Both the position numbers and the translations under genes were made by a program. Of a stretch of 64,000 nucleotides of DNA, positions 60,064-64,000 are shown in pieces. The DNA comes from a virus, in the IMG/VR virus record IMGVR_UViG_3300046698_000515, positions 1 through 64,000 of that record; one strand, written 5' to 3'. The notes beneath the pieces were generated by a model. It saw only the letters and a program-made list of their open reading frames with translations, did no database searches and was not told where the DNA came from. Within the stretch, counting starts at the first letter, position 1. Every line of letters begins with the position of its first letter.

Positions 60064-61224
60064 TTATTGCGGGCCTTCCAAAGGAGGAATGTTAGTTTTA
60101 GAAACTGGACCTTCCACTTCAACTGCTTGAGCTTCAGGTTCATTTTTAACTGGTGTTAATTGATAACCTGAAATTGCATACATTGTTCTACCATCTTCAA
60201 AAGTTATATCATAATATTCATAATCTTTATCTGGTTCATCACCTTCAGCAGCACATTGACATGCACAACAATCAATAGTAGCTATTTTTCCTTCATATTG
60301 TTCTAGTACTTCTTGCCAATTTTTAATATCACTTTCTTTTCCAGGATGATCATTAGAAGAAGGTTCGTCAAAAGGACTATCATCACCAAATTCAGAAGAT
60401 GAAATATCATTCATGTTAAAAGTTACCTTTGTTCCATCAGGAATTGCTTGTCTTGATCCTTCATTTCCTTCACCCGGATCACCTTCCGCAGCACTAGAAA
60501 CAAGAGAATGTAATTGTTTTTCTTCCTTTGGGGTATACGGTGTTTGCCCAGGTATCATTTTATAATCTTCTTTGTACATATGTTTATATGCTTCGAATAT
60601 ACATGATTCATCGTTTTTATTCAACGAAACATTTTCTCTGAATTTGTGAAGTTTTGTTTTAGGAATGTTACCTGCCCCGGTTTTTTTGTCATTCCATTTC
60701 TTTCCATGGGGAAGAACTACATTCTTATTATGAAGGTGTCTATCATCATTTTCACCAATACCAGTTTGACGTTCTTGAGTATAATTAATTTCACCCCCTT
60801 TAGCCTTTTTAGCATCTATTTCAGTAGGCTTAATCTGTGTTGAATCTTTACGACGTTTATTTTCTGGAACTTTTGTAAGATTAATTCCTGTATAAACACG
60901 TGTGAGAAGTTTTGTAGGCACGGTCATGAAGTCAATATATAACCCAGGAGCAGTCTCACGAGTTATATCAGCCAAATTTGCTAATTCGTTCTCATAATTA
61001 CCATAACTACCTTGAACAGAAGTTGGCCATGCTTTGGTTGCACTTATACGTAGAGTGTCACCTGATGTAATAAATTCTTGAATCTTATTAGCATAGTCAG
61101 GATTTTCTTGTACCCATGAATTTTTTTCCCAACCTTTTTTAAAATTAACGGGATCACCAGTTAAAAATGCACTTCGTTGAAAACGAACCATTGTTGATTC
61201 TAATAGTTTAGTAAATTTTGACAT
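60064..61224 (-). CDS. late protein with MSKFTKLLE start and an internal CIFEAY tag
   Basis: CATAAATA upstream; internal NKNDESCIFEAY. Confidence 0.7.
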   Translation of the reverse strand: MSKFTKLLESTMVRFQRSAFLTGDPVNFKKGWEKNSWVQENPDYANKIQEFITSGDTLRISATKAWPTSVQGSYGNYENELANLADITRETAPGLYIDFMTVPTKLLTRVYTGINLTKVPENKRRKDSTQIKPTEIDAKKAKGGEINYTQERQTGIGENDDRHLHNKNVVLPHGKKWNDKKTGAGNIPKTKLHKFRENVSLNKNDESCIFEAYKHMYKEDYKMIPGQTPYTPKEEKQLHSLVSSAAEGDPGEGNEGSRQAIPDGTKVTFNMNDISSSEFGDDSPFDEPSSNDHPGKESDIKNWQEVLEQYEGKIATIDCCACQCAAEGDEPDKDYEYYDITFEDGRTMYAISGYQLTPVKNEPEAQAVEVEGPVSKTNIPPLEGPQ

Positions 61225-61328
61225 ACAGTTTTGTTGTAATTATTTATGGAAAATACTAGTTAAAAACTTAAACATTCATCTTAATTTAGAGTTGTTATTA
61301 ATACTTTTACCAATAAATACTTATTGCC

Positions 61329-61850
61329 ATGGGTGCTATTAAGCTTGACACATTAAAACAGATTAACTCAGTATCTAATCAGAACTCTGTTGATCAAAAT
61401 GTAATACCAGCTGTCCAATACAGTTATCAAGATGTATCACTTGATTTAACAGTGGGTAATATATTTGGTAATATAGTAGTAAATCCAGGAATAGATTTAA
61501 CTGATATCAAAGTAAGCTATGATTATGCTGCAATTATTAATTCAATTGAAAATATTTTTAATAGTATGCCTGGACAATGGCTCTTAAATCCAGCATTAGG
61601 AATTGGTTTACCACAATTTTTATTCCAACCTATTGATCAACATGTTGGTGAACAAATAGCACAAGCGATTATTCAAAATTTAACAACTTATGAACCTCGT
61701 TGCACTATTAGAAAAATACAAGTACAGGGTGATCCTGACAATAATCTTTATACAATTACCCTTGCACTTCAGTTAATTTCTGTAAGTAATTCTAATATGA
61801 CTTTAAAAGGTGTTCTAAATAGTAACTCATTTAAATTTACCTCAATATAA
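61329..61850 (+). CDS. baseplate wedge subunit (gp25-like)
   Basis: YQDVSLDL, AIINSIENIF..PG....P..G..L..FLF.P, YEPR. Confidence 0.88.
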   Translation: MGAIKLDTLKQINSVSNQNSVDQNVIPAVQYSYQDVSLDLTVGNIFGNIVVNPGIDLTDIKVSYDYAAIINSIENIFNSMPGQWLLNPALGIGLPQFLFQPIDQHVGEQIAQAIIQNLTTYEPRCTIRKIQVQGDPDNNLYTITLALQLISVSNSNMTLKGVLNSNSFKFTSI

Positions 61851-61854
61851 CAAT

Positions 61855-62418
61855 ATGGCAAGAAAAACAAAACAATGTTCACAGTGCAAAAAAATAAAGA
61901 AGATTTCTTCTTTTAATTGGTGTGTGTATAAAAATGGACAACAATATCCTCAAGCTAGATGTAAAATATGTAATTCTGCAAGCTCAACAAAATGGATAAA
62001 AGAACATTTGTTAAATGAAAATCCAGATATCGCTTTAAAAGCTACTATAAATCAATTGTTTTACTATTCAAAAACAAACGCCTATAATAAAAAACTTGAT
62101 TTTAATCTAACAACAGAATTTCTATTAGAATTATACAAAAAACAAAATGGAAAATGTTTTTATACAGGAGCTCAAATGAAATTAAATGGCATAGGGCTTA
62201 ATAAAGATCCTCTTTATATATCATTAGACAAAGTAACCCCAGAACTTGGATATATTCAAGGTAACGTTGTATTTTGTTGTCTCGGTATAAATTATTTAAA
62301 AGGTGTTCATAGTGTAGATGTATTATATAATACATTATTTACATTTTTTGATGGATGTATAATCACAAATAAATTACCAGAAATCATAAAGGAAAAATTA
62401 GAATGTCACAACAATTAA
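61855..62418 (+). CDS. HNH-like homing endonuclease
   Basis: QNGKCFYTG, ISLDK....GY..GNV...C...N..KG. Confidence 0.8.
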   Translation: MARKTKQCSQCKKIKKISSFNWCVYKNGQQYPQARCKICNSASSTKWIKEHLLNENPDIALKATINQLFYYSKTNAYNKKLDFNLTTEFLLELYKKQNGKCFYTGAQMKLNGIGLNKDPLYISLDKVTPELGYIQGNVVFCCLGINYLKGVHSVDVLYNTLFTFFDGCIITNKLPEIIKEKLECHNN

Positions 62419-64000
62419 CAGACTTTACATTACCAACCGATGTATATGCAACGTTTGATGCAGTATCATTAAAGCGATTAATAATTGATCGTTTAAATCA
62501 AACTAGTTTCTTCACAGATCAAAACTATGCAGGAAGTAATATTACTTCACTGATTGATATATTTTCTTTTAGTTATCATATATTACTCTATTTTTTAAAT
62601 CAGACCAGTAGTGAAGCAATTTTTACTGAAGCACAACTTTATGAAAACATAAATCGAATTGTTAAAGCAATCGATTACAATCCAGTTGGTACCCAAACGA
62701 GTAATTTGACATTTACTGTATCGACTATAAATCCTAATACTACTGTTAGCACTTATACCATTCCAAGATATTCATTTATTAATACAAATGGCATGATATA
62801 TTCGTTAAATGCTGATACTACTTTCACATATACTACATCTGGCATTCAACCTATTTTAGATTTAGGTAATTCAAATCTTCTATATCAAGGATTTTTTACT
62901 GAGTATCCTATTATAAATGCAACTGGTGAATCATTTGAGACTATTGTTTTACTTCCAGGTAGTGATGTAATAGTTGATCATTTTAGTATCGATGTTTATA
63001 TTAATCCAGTAGCAACTAGTACATGGGAACAATGGACAAGAACTTCTTCTCTATATCTTGAAGATGCAGGTGCAAAAAAATATGAAGTACGCTTAAATGA
63101 AAATAAACATTACGAAATAAAATTTGGAAATGGTATAATTGGTGCACAATTAAATCCAGGAGATCAAATTGCTGTTTATTATTTAAAAAGTGAAGGTGCA
63201 GCAGGTCAAGTAGGTATTAATGCTATTAATAGTTCTTCAATGGTCCTTTATTCAACACCTCAATTTTTACAAATTTTTGATGATATATGTGATCAAAACA
63301 CATTATACGTAACTGATACTCAAGTTAATTCATTAGTATTTGCAAATACAAATACATCAAGTCAATTCTTTTCTGGCGAAACAGTTGAAGATATTCGTCA
63401 ACGAGCACCAAAAGTTTTCACATCACAATATCGTTTAGTAACTACAAGTGATTATGAAAACTTTATTATTCAAAATTATGGAAATATTATAGCAGATGTT
63501 CAAGTAGTTAACAATTGGAAATATATAGACGGACATATGAAATATTTGCTTGATACGTTACAATTATCAACACCAAATGGTAATCCGAATATTTTGCTTA
63601 ATAATATTCTCTTTGCTGATACTTGCAATTTTAATAACGTTTACATATATGCAGCACCAATTCAAGGTGCTGCCAATAGTGCAACTATTCGTACCAATTA
63701 TTTAACATCAGCACAGAAAAAGAGTATTATTATTGCTATAAAAGACATTAAAACAATTACTACTGAAACGTTAATAATGGATCCAGTTTATATTGCAGTT
63801 GATCTTGGTACTTTAGATACTAATGAAGAATTAAATACATCAGTTGCAGATAACACTCAATTAGTTATTAATCGTGGAAGTGATTCAACAAGTAATGTAA
63901 CTTCTATTCAAAATGCAGCTTATAATATTTTGTTAAATTATTTTCAAGCAAGTTCTTTAGGACAAACACTTGATATTACAAGTATTATAAACAGCATTCT
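62403..64000 (+). CDS. baseplate wedge subunit (gp6-like), truncated by the window end
   Basis: Not in the ORF track; ATG 62403 MSQQLTDF..FDAVSLK..FTDQNYAGSNITSLID, YEIKFGNG..G, ETVEDIRQRAP..F..QYRLVT..DYE. Confidence 0.88.
   Translation, partial: MSQQLTDFTLPTDVYATFDAVSLKRLIIDRLNQTSFFTDQNYAGSNITSLIDIFSFSYHILLYFLNQTSSEAIFTEAQLYENINRIVKAIDYNPVGTQTSNLTFTVSTINPNTTVSTYTIPRYSFINTNGMIYSLNADTTFTYTTSGIQPILDLGNSNLLYQGFFTEYPIINATGESFETIVLLPGSDVIVDHFSIDVYINPVATSTWEQWTRTSSLYLEDAGAKKYEVRLNENKHYEIKFGNGIIGAQLNPGDQIAVYYLKSEGAAGQVGINAINSSSMVLYSTPQFLQIFDDICDQNTLYVTDTQVNSLVFANTNTSSQFFSGETVEDIRQRAPKVFTSQYRLVTTSDYENFIIQNYGNIIADVQVVNNWKYIDGHMKYLLDTLQLSTPNGNPNILLNNILFADTCNFNNVYIYAAPIQGAANSATIRTNYLTSAQKKSIIIAIKDIKTITTETLIMDPVYIAVDLGTLDTNEELNTSVADNTQLVINRGSDSTSNVTSIQNAAYNILLNYFQASSLGQTLDITSIINSI

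Overview
AT-rich segment of a large T4-like myovirus genome, read in the standard genetic code. Evidence is baseplate gp5/gp25/gp6-like genes, a gp44-like clamp loader and TAAATA late promoters. Layout: (1) 1-6.2 kb, GC-richer early-type genes including a RadA/RecA-family ATPase; (2) 6.2-27 kb, small accessory ORFs, three HSFVDLITNSS paralogs plus a radical SAM gene, a PRTase, a SleB-like hydrolase, and a class II RNR split by a split intein around a free-standing endonuclease; (3) 27-41 kb, an RNA island with about 32 canonical-loop tRNAs covering all 20 amino acids, five atypical tRNA-like genes, a tmRNA, an RNase P RNA, orphan structured RNAs and antisense homing endonucleases; (4) 46.6-50.2 kb, a probable 7-deazaguanine DNA-modification cluster; (5) 51.4-61.2 kb, proteins sharing N-terminal capsid-targeting/protease-cleavage-like tags, one with a 63-bp repeat array carrying a hypervariable di-residue. 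The most striking observation is a 42-codon leader ORF, absent from the supplied ORF track, that uses all 20 amino acids and 35 different codons. It overlaps an antiterminator/terminator switch at the head of the RNA island and may be a pan-tRNA-sensing attenuator. All calls were made by eye; no database searches or folding programs were run.
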